Shown: positions 55,142 through 64,000, numbered from the stretch's first letter. The stretch: DNA of 64,000 nt from Thermoplasmata archaeon (GCA_028864975.1 JAGWLG010000004.1:82192-146191), one strand, 5' to 3'. Notes: generated by a model from the letters alone, not told the origin. A program made the numbers and translations.

Positions 55142-56062
55142 TCAAGACCTCGCGGTCGCAGCGTGGACGGCGGGCTCGGACTCCACGCCTTCCTGCGCGA
55201 GCTCTCTGCGGAGGATGGCCGCGATGTCGGGAGCGACGGAAGCCCGTTCCACGGGGTTCTCCACGGTGTCGGTCGCGAAGACGTCGTCGGTCACGGCCTT
55301 GATCCGTTCGAACGCGTCCTTCAGGAAGAGGCCGTGGGTGCAGGTGGCCGTGATGGCCTCCGCGCCCCGGGCTCGTAGGAGCTTCGCGCTCTCCACGATG
55401 GTCCCCCCGGTGGAGATGACGTCGTCGACGATCACCACGTGCTTCCCTTTCACCTCAGGGGCCGCGGGGGGGAAGTAGAGCTCCACGCGCTCGCTGTCGA
55501 TGCGTTTCTTCTCGAGGGCGATCCAGGGCTTGCCCAGAAGCTCGGCCATGCGTCGGACGCGGTCCACCCCCCCCTTGTCGGGAGAGACGAGGAGGTCGAC
55601 GGGCCGCTCCCGGAGCAGCCGGCCGATGGCGGGGATACCGCTCGCCTCGTGCAGGGGCTTGAGGAAGGCTCCCCGATTGAGCGGGGAGTGGAGGTCGACG
55701 GTGATGATGGCGTCCGCGTCGGTCTCGACACGGCGGGCGAGGGCCCGGGCGGAGACCGGCTCCCCGGGGAAGAAGCGACGGTCCTGTCGGGAGTAGCCGA
55801 AGTAGGGGATGACCGCCCAGACCTTGCGAGCCCCAGCCTCGCGGACGGCGTCCTCCAGAAGGAAGAGCTCGATGACGTCGGAGTCGGACCGCAGGGACTG
55901 GACCACAACGACGTCCTGCCCCTCGAAGCTCCCTCCGACCCTCAGGTAGAGCTCCCCGTCGGGGAACCTCTTGCGGAAGGGGATCGCGAAGGGGGCGTTG
56001 CCCAGCTCGCGGGAGACGCGCTCGGCGAGCGTGGTGGAGGCGCTGCCGCCCAGGACGTGCAT
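55142..56062 (-). CDS. prs: Ribose-phosphate pyrophosphokinase
   Basis: RFPDGELY, IPYFGYSRQD, VDLH, SPDKGG, VDDVISTGGT, CTHG. Confidence 0.96.
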   Translation of the reverse strand: MHVLGGSASTTLAERVSRELGNAPFAIPFRKRFPDGELYLRVGGSFEGQDVVVVQSLRSDSDVIELFLLEDAVREAGARKVWAVIPYFGYSRQDRRFFPGEPVSARALARRVETDADAIITVDLHSPLNRGAFLKPLHEASGIPAIGRLLRERPVDLLVSPDKGGVDRVRRMAELLGKPWIALEKKRIDSERVELYFPPAAPEVKGKHVVIVDDVISTGGTIVESAKLLRARGAEAITATCTHGLFLKDAFERIKAVTDDVFATDTVENPVERASVAPDIAAILRRELAQEGVESEPAVHAATARS

Positions 56063-56273
56063 GGAACCCCCTCTTCGGTCCTCCGCACGCAGCGAGGCTC
56101 TTGTAACCATCGCTCCCCGCTGTGGACCTTCGCACTTCCTGAACTGCCCTGGTCGATCCCCCGTCTGACTCGGCGATCCGCTCGTTGATCTCACCTGCGT
56201 CGAACTTCACCGGGTCGTTCCAGCCTCCATGCCCCTCGCCGGCGCAGGGACGATCATGGAGGGGTCGAGGGGC

Positions 56274-56732
56274 TCACGATTCACGAAGGACGAACTCCTT
56301 TCGAAGCTGGCGAACCGTCACCTCGTACCGATCAAGGAACGGTTTCCGTCCAAGGAGCGGGACAGGAGTGTCCTGCCCACGTTCGGTTACTTGGACGGGC
56401 GCAAGAAGGAAGGATTCGACGGCCCGACCAGATCGGTCTCTCGATGCCAACTGGAACCGGACCTTGGATTCTCGCGCTGGTACCGATCCTCCGACAACCG
56501 TACGCTTGAGCGGCTTGGCGCTGAGCTCAAGGTCGAGCTCCTCGGCCACACTCGAGGGGAGGACCGAGAAGGTGGCTCCCGTGTCGAGGAGCATCCAGCC
56601 CTGCCACGCGTGAGAACCCCAGGACAGGCGAGCCTCGACGGCCGGGGCGAACTCGCGCCTCTCCTCGAACGCGATGGGAAGGTAGGGCAGGACGAACGTC
56701 TGCGCGCTCTTGTGCCGCGAGCGGGAAGACAG
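56274..56732 (-). CDS. Retropepsin-like (clan AA) aspartic protease
   Basis: LLDTGATFSVLPSSVAEEL and LLGR..L motifs; no ATG/GTG/TTG before the active site, so the start is placed at CTG 56732. Confidence 0.78.
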   Translation of the reverse strand: MSSRSRHKSAQTFVLPYLPIAFEERREFAPAVEARLSWGSHAWQGWMLLDTGATFSVLPSSVAEELDLELSAKPLKRTVVGGSVPARESKVRFQLASRDRSGRAVESFLLAPVQVTERGQDTPVPLLGRKPFLDRYEVTVRQLRKEFVLRES

Positions 56733-56743
56733 CCTCGCGCCCC

Positions 56744-56953
56744 CTACAGCATCAGGGTTCCATGCTCGAGCACCCGGAACATGCTGGGCTCGCGACCCTT
56801 GGCGGCCGTGCGGCCCGCGGCGAGAGCCTTCCGCATGTCCCTGCTCGAGGCCACGATCTTGCGGTTCACAATGGCCACCCATTCTCCAGGGTGGCGAGCC
56901 AGCTCCGAGACGGGCGGAAGGGGAGATGGTGGGTGTCGGGGTCTGCCGGGCAT
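56744..56953 (-). CDS. DUF5678-like small protein
   Basis: LARHPGEWVAIVNRKIVASSRD..A pattern; directly upstream of the protease. Confidence 0.75.
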   Translation of the reverse strand: MPGRPRHPPSPLPPVSELARHPGEWVAIVNRKIVASSRDMRKALAAGRTAAKGREPSMFRVLEHGTLML

Positions 56954-57412
56954 CGTCGTTCTCACTTCTCCCAGCGGTCGCGTTCTCATATCGGTTGTGT
57001 GGACCCTGACGGTGCGCCGGGATAGGTCTCGCGTTCGAGGTGTCGCTCCAGATCGGGATCCTCCGCGCGCCACCGGTCCTGATGGCGCAGGCATGAGACC
57101 CAGCCTCCGCCATCGCCGGGGCGAAGTGGGGTTCCCTCTCGCCTGCTTGCGGCCTCGGAGTCTCCTGGTCATCGAGTCCGTCCTAGCGAAACTCTCGCAG
57201 GTGGCGCGGTACCCCACGACGGGAGAGAGGAACGATCTCCCGTGGCATTGTCGCACTTGGGGGGGCGCCTCCAAGAAGCAGGGAGGGCCCGGGGCGGAGC
57301 TTATGACGAAATGCTATTCGACTTTTGACGATAGGTGGGGAGATTCGTTCATATACGGATTCATGCGCATACTATCCCCGAAGGAGGCCCCGAACAGGGG
57401 AATCTAACGAGG

Positions 57413-58000
57413 ATGAAGCGATTGAGCAAGACTCGTGCGAAGGAACTAGATGAACGCGGCGTATCTCCCATCATTGCCACTATCTTATTGGTGGCGATCA
57501 CGGTGGTGTTGGCGGCGGTGCTGTACATCCTCGTGGGGAGTCTTGGAGGATGTGGGGCAAGCTGCCGTGAGCCGGTGGCGGTTTCCATGACCCCCGGTCA
57601 GGGCGGCGCTTGCGACGGGGCGGCGCTCTACGCCATCACCATCGGTAGCGCGAGCTCGGCGCTCACGACCTCAGGGTTCGGGGTCTCGCTGCAGTCCTCG
57701 GGCCAGGCGACCGCGACCGCCCCAGGGAGCGCCGGGGCACCGTCGACGACGAAGTGCGGTGTCGCCCCACCGGCCTCCGGCTGGATCGCGCTGTTGGTCG
57801 CGCCAGGGGGGACCGCCCAACAGGCCTACTACGACAGCGCCGGGTGGCACCAGTGGAACGCGACCGTCTTCCCCGTACCCGTCGAGGGTGGGCAGAGCCT
57901 CGTGATCGTGGCGAGCTCGGGGGTGAACCTCGTCCAGGCCACCGTGAGCCTCTTCGCGACCAACGGAGGACCCACCGTCACGGGCCAGGCAACCCTGTAG
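57413..58000 (+). CDS. Archaeal type IV pilin (class III signal peptide) 1
   Basis: ERG|VSPIIATILLVAITVVLAAVLYILV. Confidence 0.92.
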   Translation: MKRLSKTRAKELDERGVSPIIATILLVAITVVLAAVLYILVGSLGGCGASCREPVAVSMTPGQGGACDGAALYAITIGSASSALTTSGFGVSLQSSGQATATAPGSAGAPSTTKCGVAPPASGWIALLVAPGGTAQQAYYDSAGWHQWNATVFPVPVEGGQSLVIVASSGVNLVQATVSLFATNGGPTVTGQATL

Positions 58001-58290
58001 GTCTACGACGGCGAGAGGCAAGCAGAGGGGGGAGCGAGCGGATGATCGCGATGACCGATGATCCCCCGTACGAGGGTGGGTTCGCGCTACGGCTCGAGCC
58101 GCCTCCCGCCCTCGAGCGACTCCCGTTCCCTGGAAGGTGGAGCTGCCCGCGTTCCCCCTCGATCCAGCGCCGTCGCCCTTCCGATGACCCGCGCCCGCTC
58201 GCCCCCCCCGGCGACCAGGCGCGGTGAGGCCCTCGATCCTGCGAGAGAGCCCGCCCGTAGCTCGCTCGACTTTCTTGATCTGGAGCAGAC

Positions 58291-60813
58291 ATGCCCGAAC
58301 CTGCCGTCCCACCGTTCCCACCGATCCCTCTCCCCCCCGCGAAGGCGTCGACCGAGGAAGGTCTCGTTCCTCCCCCGACCCAGTCGGCCCTCCCACCCCC
58401 GGGTTACCCGGGGGGCCCGACCCCGGCGTCACGAGCACCTCCTCTGCCCCCTCCACCCCCGCCGCCCCTGCCTCCTCGCCGTAGGGCCCCGCGTCCGCTC
58501 CCGAAGCTGACGCTGGCCCGCTACCACCGTCTCCGCCTGGACACCCCCAAGGGTCGGCTCTGGCACCGGGCGGTGGGAACGTCCCTCGTGCTCCTGGGGC
58601 TCACCGCCGGGCTGGCGGCGAACGGCATCCCGCTCTACCACGTCGCGCTTCTCTCCCAAGCGGGGAGCTTCTTCGCCCTCACCGCGACCGGGAACACCTT
58701 GTACGTGGCCTCCTCCAACGGAGGGTCGGTGCTCCTCGAACGGAGCCACGACCGTGGCCTCACCTGGGCCGATTCCCGAGTGCCCTATCCCGTCATCGCG
58801 GGAGGGGCCCCTTGGGACCTCTCGGTCGTCGCCGCGGACGGGAGCGACCTCGTGCTGGCGGCGGCGAGCGGGTTCCGCGAGCCGCCGACCATCAGCAACC
58901 CTCCCCAGCAAAGCTGTGGACGACAGTCGACGATCCTGCTCGCGTCGAGCACGGATGGAGGCACCACGTGGTCGGTCGACGCGTTCCCCACCCCTGGGGC
59001 CACGGTCACGAACCTCCAGGCAGCTGTCCAAGGGAATCGAATGGCGGTCGGTTGGATCGAGGAACCCGTAGGCGCCTGCAGCACCACGGCCCCGGGAAAC
59101 GTCAGCGCCGTCGAAAGCACGAACGCGGGCGGCTTCTGGTCCGTACCCCAGAACCTGACCCCGGCCGGGGCGACCCTACCGGCGAACGAGGAGCTGCAGA
59201 TGACGCAGGAGCAGCAAGGGATCCTCCTTGCCTTCCAGGAGCAGCTGTCCAGCCAGAACGGTAGCAAGATCGCGTTGTGGCTCTTCCCGCCCGCCTCCGG
59301 GGGCTTCGGCTCGTCCCCCGTGCTGCTCAACGCGACCGAGTCCTGGATCCTTCAGGGGAACTCGAGGGCCCCCGCGTTCCTCATCACCCCGTCCTACCTG
59401 ATCCAATTGACGGGGAACTCCCCCTCTCAGATCCTCGGACTCCCGTTCACCGAGCTCCAGTCGGATGCGGGCGTCGGTCGCCTCCCGGGGCTCGTCTCGC
59501 TGGTCCCGCTCTCAGGTTCGGTCGTCGAGATCGCCGCGACCATGCCTTCGGGGGTGGGGGTCGATTGCTGGGTGGTCGACGTCGAGGCGGACGACATCAC
59601 ACCGAGCTGTCACGTTCCCCTGGCGGCCCTGGCCCTCCCCGCGGCCGAGGTCTATCCGATCGTGTCCCTGGTGGAGGGTGGGGGGTATTGGGTCGCAATC
59701 GGGGCCGTGGGGGTTCCCACGTGCTACTACGGTTGTCCGAACGGGGCGAGCTGGGGAGGGGGAGCCGTGGGGTCCCGGGACCTGCCCGCCCAGGACGCAG
59801 GTACCTCGGTGTGCAACCAGGGATGCGCCTCCTCGAGCGGGCTCGCTGCCTATGTCTTCGAGGAGAGCTCGCAGGTCGGCGCCGAGGCGGCGGGGTTCCT
59901 CGCCGTCCTGACCGTCGGGATCGGGCTCGCTTGGCTGGGGGTGACCCGTCGGGCAAGGCGTCGATTGGAGGCGGCGCGACCCCCGAGCGGCGAGCGTGGG
60001 AACGCCTCCGAGGCTGCGGCGAGCAAGGAGCCCCAGCGGGTCCTCAACGACTACCGTCGCGGCCTGCTGGTCTGGTTGCTGGCCTGGGCCCCCCTGCTCA
60101 TCCTCGGGCTTGCGCCGGGGACCGGCGCTGCGGGAGGGTTCGTCTGGGTCTCCGGCCTCGCCATGGTCGGGGGCATCCTGGGAGGTATCGGGGCGATGCC
60201 GTTCCACGCGGCGGTCCGCCGCGCCCTTCAGCAGTCCTACCAGGTCCGTCCCGAGCGGCTCTTCTTCGAGGACCCCTCGACGATGGGGCTCGCGCAAGAA
60301 CGTGTGCGCCTGGCCGCCCTCGCGGCGTACGCGAGCTGGGCCGCGGGTTTTCTCGTGGTCTCGGTCTTCCTGCTGGCGTTGGAGGGTTCGATCACCCGGG
60401 CCGACGTGACCTCGGCGTACAGTCCCCTCGCGAACCAACTGGCCTCGGGGGCCTACATCCTGCTGGGAGCGGTCCTTCTGGTGACGCTCCTGCGCACCGT
60501 CCTGCACGCCTCGCTCGCCGACAGCATGGCCCTCGTGCGCGCGCGGATGACCCTGGGGTCCGACGAGGCTCCGATCCCCCCGAGCACGATCCTTCGGGGT
60601 CGGATCGGGGCGGCCCTGTTGGTGTGGAACCCCTTCGTGGGATTGCTCGTGGGGTGGGCGATGCAGCCGGCGTTCCCTTCCGCTCCCTCGATGCTGCCAT
60701 GGGCGTTCCTCCCCGTTACGCTCCTGGGGATGGCCATCTTGTGGGGGCTCTACGGAGCTACGAGCTGGAGCCCGGAGCCGGTCGCAGAACTCTCGGCCAA
60801 GGGGGTCGCCTAG
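58291..60813 (+). CDS. Polytopic membrane protein with extracellular Asp-box (BNR) beta-propeller-like domain
   Basis: Pro-rich N-terminus, TM, Asp-boxes SHDRGLTW / SSTDGGTTW / STNAGGFW, Cys pairs, then ~6 TM helices. Confidence 0.72.
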   Translation: MPEPAVPPFPPIPLPPAKASTEEGLVPPPTQSALPPPGYPGGPTPASRAPPLPPPPPPPLPPRRRAPRPLPKLTLARYHRLRLDTPKGRLWHRAVGTSLVLLGLTAGLAANGIPLYHVALLSQAGSFFALTATGNTLYVASSNGGSVLLERSHDRGLTWADSRVPYPVIAGGAPWDLSVVAADGSDLVLAAASGFREPPTISNPPQQSCGRQSTILLASSTDGGTTWSVDAFPTPGATVTNLQAAVQGNRMAVGWIEEPVGACSTTAPGNVSAVESTNAGGFWSVPQNLTPAGATLPANEELQMTQEQQGILLAFQEQLSSQNGSKIALWLFPPASGGFGSSPVLLNATESWILQGNSRAPAFLITPSYLIQLTGNSPSQILGLPFTELQSDAGVGRLPGLVSLVPLSGSVVEIAATMPSGVGVDCWVVDVEADDITPSCHVPLAALALPAAEVYPIVSLVEGGGYWVAIGAVGVPTCYYGCPNGASWGGGAVGSRDLPAQDAGTSVCNQGCASSSGLAAYVFEESSQVGAEAAGFLAVLTVGIGLAWLGVTRRARRRLEAARPPSGERGNASEAAASKEPQRVLNDYRRGLLVWLLAWAPLLILGLAPGTGAAGGFVWVSGLAMVGGILGGIGAMPFHAAVRRALQQSYQVRPERLFFEDPSTMGLAQERVRLAALAAYASWAAGFLVVSVFLLALEGSITRADVTSAYSPLANQLASGAYILLGAVLLVTLLRTVLHASLADSMALVRARMTLGSDEAPIPPSTILRGRIGAALLVWNPFVGLLVGWAMQPAFPSAPSMLPWAFLPVTLLGMAILWGLYGATSWSPEPVAELSAKGVA

Positions 60814-62090
60814 GACGGCGGCGCCGACGAAGGCCCCTTCCCCGTGAGCGTTTGGAGGAACGCCCTCCCCACGGCCGCAGCACGATCCCGCTCCCCGGAG
60901 TAGGCGCTCGAAAGGAGCTCCTGCGCCAAGGTAACCCTGCGATAGCGGACCCTGGACGGGTGGTAGTAGCGTCCTCCCGTCCCCTGGGAAAAGAGGCGGA
61001 GGAAGGGCGAACCGTGGGGCGTCACGTCGACGACGAGGGGAGGGAGGTCGAGCTCCTGGAAGAACCGGGGGACGAACTGAAGCTCGCGGCGAACGTTCCC
61101 CCCTTGGAGGAGAGGGACGTTCGCAAGACCAGTACCGATCACCGCGAAGATCCTCACGACGTCGATCGTGTCGGCGAGACGCGCGAGGAAGAGCTTCGTG
61201 CCCTCCATGATGCCGGAGGCGAAGGGCGACAAGCCTCCCCACGGCGCCTCGAGGAAACGGGCCCGGACCGCCTCGAGGTCGGTCGTGAAATCGCTCGCGA
61301 TCACGGCGCGGTTCCCGCGGGAGAGGACGAGTCCAACCTGGTCCCGCCGTTCGTAGGCGTCCAAGAGCAGGGAGCGAACGATGCTCTTGCTCTGCTCCTG
61401 GACCTCCTCGTCGTAGGTGCTGGTGTCCACGACGAGACACATGTAGGATCCCACCCGCGTGTAGCGGACGTTCTCCTGGATGTCCTGCTTGATGATCGCG
61501 AGTCGATCGAGCTGCGGGTCGATGTCCGCCCCCCGGCGGATGGCGGCACGGATGGTCGGAAGGAGCGCGACGTCGACGGTCCCGTCGGGCGGGGCCTGGT
61601 GGTAGGCGACCACCCGCCCCCGACGGCTCTTGGTGAGGCGCGTCGCGGCCCGGCCGTGGCGCTTGACGTTCTCAAGCATCTCCCGTTGGCGCGCGTCGGA
61701 GATCTCGTTGATGATGCGCCTCAGGCGGGGGTCCCTTCCCCCTTCGAGCCCCTTCAGGCTGTCCGCGACCGCCTCGCGGATGGGTCCTGGCTGCCGTTCC
61801 TTGAGGATGTGGAGGAATCGGTCGGTGTCCAGCTCGACGAAGTCCTGGTCCGCGATCAGGAATGCGCTCGTGGTGCGGCCGGCCAGCTGCCCCAGCTCCC
61901 TCCGGAAGGCCCTTTCCAGCTGTTCCAAGGACTCCGGGGTGGCTTCGGCGATCCTCCCGAACGGAAGTCGGGCGTAAACAGCGTACTGCTCCCGGACGAC
62001 CTCCCAACCGAAGTCCCGGGGGAGGTTCTCTCGAAGGTCCTCGACCCCCAGCCCTTCGGCCGGGATGCCCGCCCCCCCCGAGAATGCCAT
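60810..62090 (-). CDS. vWA-domain protein resembling the C-terminal part of Mg/Co-chelatase subunit ChlD/BchD
   Basis: CLVVDTS, SLLLDAYERRDQVGLV, GGLSPFASG, GGRYY. Confidence 0.72.
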   Translation of the reverse strand: MAFSGGAGIPAEGLGVEDLRENLPRDFGWEVVREQYAVYARLPFGRIAEATPESLEQLERAFRRELGQLAGRTTSAFLIADQDFVELDTDRFLHILKERQPGPIREAVADSLKGLEGGRDPRLRRIINEISDARQREMLENVKRHGRAATRLTKSRRGRVVAYHQAPPDGTVDVALLPTIRAAIRRGADIDPQLDRLAIIKQDIQENVRYTRVGSYMCLVVDTSTYDEEVQEQSKSIVRSLLLDAYERRDQVGLVLSRGNRAVIASDFTTDLEAVRARFLEAPWGGLSPFASGIMEGTKLFLARLADTIDVVRIFAVIGTGLANVPLLQGGNVRRELQFVPRFFQELDLPPLVVDVTPHGSPFLRLFSQGTGGRYYHPSRVRYRRVTLAQELLSSAYSGERDRAAAVGRAFLQTLTGKGPSSAPPS

Positions 62091-62250
62091 GGCGCGATGT
62101 TCACTAGGCCGGGGAGACTATATGGGGTCGGTCGACCCCCCGGGCTGGCGATTCGTATAGGTGCGAAGGGCAGGGTGCACCACGCGCGCGGATCGCGCGT
62201 AGGTGTGCGGGGTTATACGCATCTCTGCGGGGCATCCTATGTCGTAATAA

Positions 62251-62314
62251 GGGCTCACGCGGCCATTCGACTAATGCCGATGTTGGCATCGTCAATTGCC
62301 AAGAGAGTGAGCCC
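62251..62314. repeat. 8-bp inverted repeat bracketing a 48-bp segment just upstream of the pilin-2 TATA box
   Basis: GGGCTCAC (62251-62258) and GTGAGCCC (62307-62314); internal ATGCCGA/TTGGCAT stem; TATTATAA at 62320. Confidence 0.6.
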
Positions 62315-62385
62315 AACGCTATTATAAGCCGGAAGGAAACTACCTGCTCGCGCGAGGGCGTTCGCCCTCAAGGAGAAGCGAAAGC

Positions 62386-63012
62386 ATGGAGAGCGTATCT
62401 GCGAACCGCCTTAGCCGAAAGAACCAGCGCGGGGTCAGCCCGATCATCGCTACGATCTTGCTCGTGGCGATTACCGTGGTCCTGGCAGCCGTGTTGTACA
62501 TCCTGGTGACGGGGCTCCTTGGTGGGCACACGTCGGTGACTAGCGCCGTCACGATGACCGCGACTCAAGGCGGCAGCTGTACCACCGCTGCCGGCGGAAC
62601 GCCTGCGAGCGCGACGTTCAGCACGTTTGCAATCGCGATTGGCGGAACCACCCAGACAGTGACCACCGCGAATGTTGGAATCTCGTTGACCACGTCGGGT
62701 TCGGCCACGTCCACAGCCGTCGGTGCAGTCAGCACGGCCGGCCCCGGAACATGCCCGGGCGCTAACCCTAGCACCGCTACGTCTTGGGCCGCTGTCCTGA
62801 TCTCTGCCGGAGGAGGCTCCAACCTTGCCTCCTACTCGTCAGCCACTGGCGGCTGGACCGCTATTTCAGGGACACTGCCGGTCTCGCTAGCGGGCGGTCA
62901 GACCCTCCTGATTATGTCTGGTCAGGGCGCCGGCGCGCCCAGCCTAGTGCAAGCGACTGTCGCAGTCTTTGGCACCAACGGTGCAACGGTCACTGGCTCA
63001 GTCACCCTCTAG
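62386..63012 (+). CDS. Archaeal type IV pilin 2
   Basis: QRG|VSPIIATILLVAITVVLAAVLYILV; AAGGAG SD preceded by GAGGGC/GCCCTC hairpin. Confidence 0.93.
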   Translation: MESVSANRLSRKNQRGVSPIIATILLVAITVVLAAVLYILVTGLLGGHTSVTSAVTMTATQGGSCTTAAGGTPASATFSTFAIAIGGTTQTVTTANVGISLTTSGSATSTAVGAVSTAGPGTCPGANPSTATSWAAVLISAGGGSNLASYSSATGGWTAISGTLPVSLAGGQTLLIMSGQGAGAPSLVQATVAVFGTNGATVTGSVTL

Positions 63013-63057
63013 AGCAGGCATCGACGCGAGGACTCAGCGGGGGGCCAACTCGGACCT

Positions 63058-63112
63058 CCCGCCTAACCCTTTCCCTAACTCATTCCCCTAATTCCCTTCC
63101 CCTGAGACTCCC
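63058..63112 (-). other. C-rich (minus-strand G-rich) tract with three CCTAA-containing repeats; G-quadruplex-capable, or terminator
   Basis: Seven C-runs of 3 or more; runs 63085-88, 63094-96, 63099-102 and 63110-12 fit G3N1-7 on the minus strand. Confidence 0.5.
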
Positions 63113-63144
63113 GGATATCCCGCGCACGTTCAGGTGGGGCCTCG

Positions 63145-63759
63145 ATGCTTCAATCTCAGGGTTCGAGGGTGGCGAGACTCGCCGATCACCGAGCCGTCAC
63201 TCCAATCATCGCAACGATTCTCATGGTTGCAATCACCGTCGTGCTGGCTGCCGTTCTTTACCTTCTGGTCACTCATATACTGGGGACTACACCCCCTCCG
63301 AGCGAAGCATTGGGGCTCGTCACCCAGAGCTCAAGTCAATGTGCAACGACCGGTTCAGGAAGTCAGCCCTATACAGTGTTCCCAGTGGTCCTCGCCAAGG
63401 CCACGGGCCCGCTGACCACGGACGACATTGGAGCTTCCGTTACTCCCTCGACCTGGTCGCATCCCTTCACCCTCGGAGTGGCTTCCACAGCCTCCGCCGG
63501 AACCTGTCCGGCCTACCCCACGTCTTCCACCGCATGGATCGGGTACGTGGTGGCGAACAACGGAACTCCCATCGCGACCTATGACTCGTCCATCGCATCG
63601 GGATGGACAGCCCTGCCTCACCAGACAATCCCCTCAGTACTAGTGACCGGCCTGACATTCTGTGTCGTCGAGTCGACCTCTGGAACGAGTTTAGTGGGCG
63701 CCACGTTAACGATCTTCGGCGTGAACGGGGTCACCGTCACCGCGACAGCGACGCTCTGA
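63145..63759 (+). CDS. Archaeal type IV pilin 3
   Basis: HRA|VTPIIATILMVAITVVLAAVLYLLV. Confidence 0.9.
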   Translation: MLQSQGSRVARLADHRAVTPIIATILMVAITVVLAAVLYLLVTHILGTTPPPSEALGLVTQSSSQCATTGSGSQPYTVFPVVLAKATGPLTTDDIGASVTPSTWSHPFTLGVASTASAGTCPAYPTSSTAWIGYVVANNGTPIATYDSSIASGWTALPHQTIPSVLVTGLTFCVVESTSGTSLVGATLTIFGVNGVTVTATATL

Positions 63760-63796
63760 GTTGGCCCCGTCCGGGACCTGACCGAGTCTGATCGGC

Positions 63797-64000
63797 TCAG
63801 TCCTCCCGATGCGGGGAACTTTCACTGTCGAGCTGCTCCGGGAGGTCGTCGGACTCCTCTTCGTCCCCCGAGCCGCCCTTCTTCCTCGGACTGGCCCGCT
63901 CCTTCCATCGTTGGATCAGCTTGGGCACGTCCGTCGGCAGCACCAGGATCGCCAGGGTGGTCAGCCCCAGGTACTCCCCCGTCTCGGGTGGCACGTCCGC
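63797..64000 (-). CDS. Hypothetical protein, C-terminal part (runs off window end)
   Basis: Open frame ending in an acidic tail GDEEESDDLPEQLDSE. Confidence 0.5.
   Translation of the reverse strand, partial: ADVPPETGEYLGLTTLAILVLPTDVPKLIQRWKERASPRKKGGSGDEEESDDLPEQLDSESSPHRED

Noticed and set aside
56160-56235. Fragment GWNDPVKFDAGEINERI resembling a pRiA4b ORF-3-like C-terminus
   Set aside because: Too short to support a family call.
57250-57292. CTTGG..CGCC..CCAAG hairpin sharing words with R4
   Set aside because: Leader is offset and the TCC end is missing; ambiguous orientation.
63762-63803. Hairpin after pilin 3 resembling the repeat
   Set aside because: Lies between convergent genes and overlaps a stop codon; different stem geometry, better explained as a terminator.

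Overview
GC-rich archaeal chromosome segment, most likely from a Thermoplasmata (Thermoplasmatota) organism. This is inferred from archaeal-type SRP54, TFB, Pth2, PurP, phosphopantothenate synthetase and PheRS, class III signal peptide pilins, membrane-anchored S53 proteases and many zinc-ribbon-tailed membrane proteins. Housekeeping genes (srp54, pheST, mcm-mce-eno-rps2, tfb, purP, nadB, prs) are interleaved with small accessory islands that carry about eight toxin-antitoxin-like two-gene modules. Main observations: (1) a ~41-bp direct repeat with a conserved 5' leader and a covarying hairpin occurs four times at 15.0-17.6 kb, and each repeat pair brackets exactly one TA module, resembling a gene-cassette array without integron attC motifs. 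Related copies lie at 31.4 kb and possibly 52.8 kb, next to other TA islands. (2) A tRNA-Ser(GGA), not shown by the ORF track, carries a 32-nt non-canonical intron in the T-loop (59/60) with a relaxed bulge-helix-bulge motif. (3) Three paralogous type IV pilins have conserved ends and variable middles, with a G4-capable tract and an inverted repeat in their intergenic DNA. (4) Also notable are a DUF5678/retropepsin-like pair, a GNAT toxin with an atypical antitoxin, a divergent TFB beside a TrmB-V4R regulator, and tandem S53 proteases, one lacking a prodomain. No CRISPR array, rRNA or integrase was seen. All family names come from motif recognition by eye; no database searches were run.
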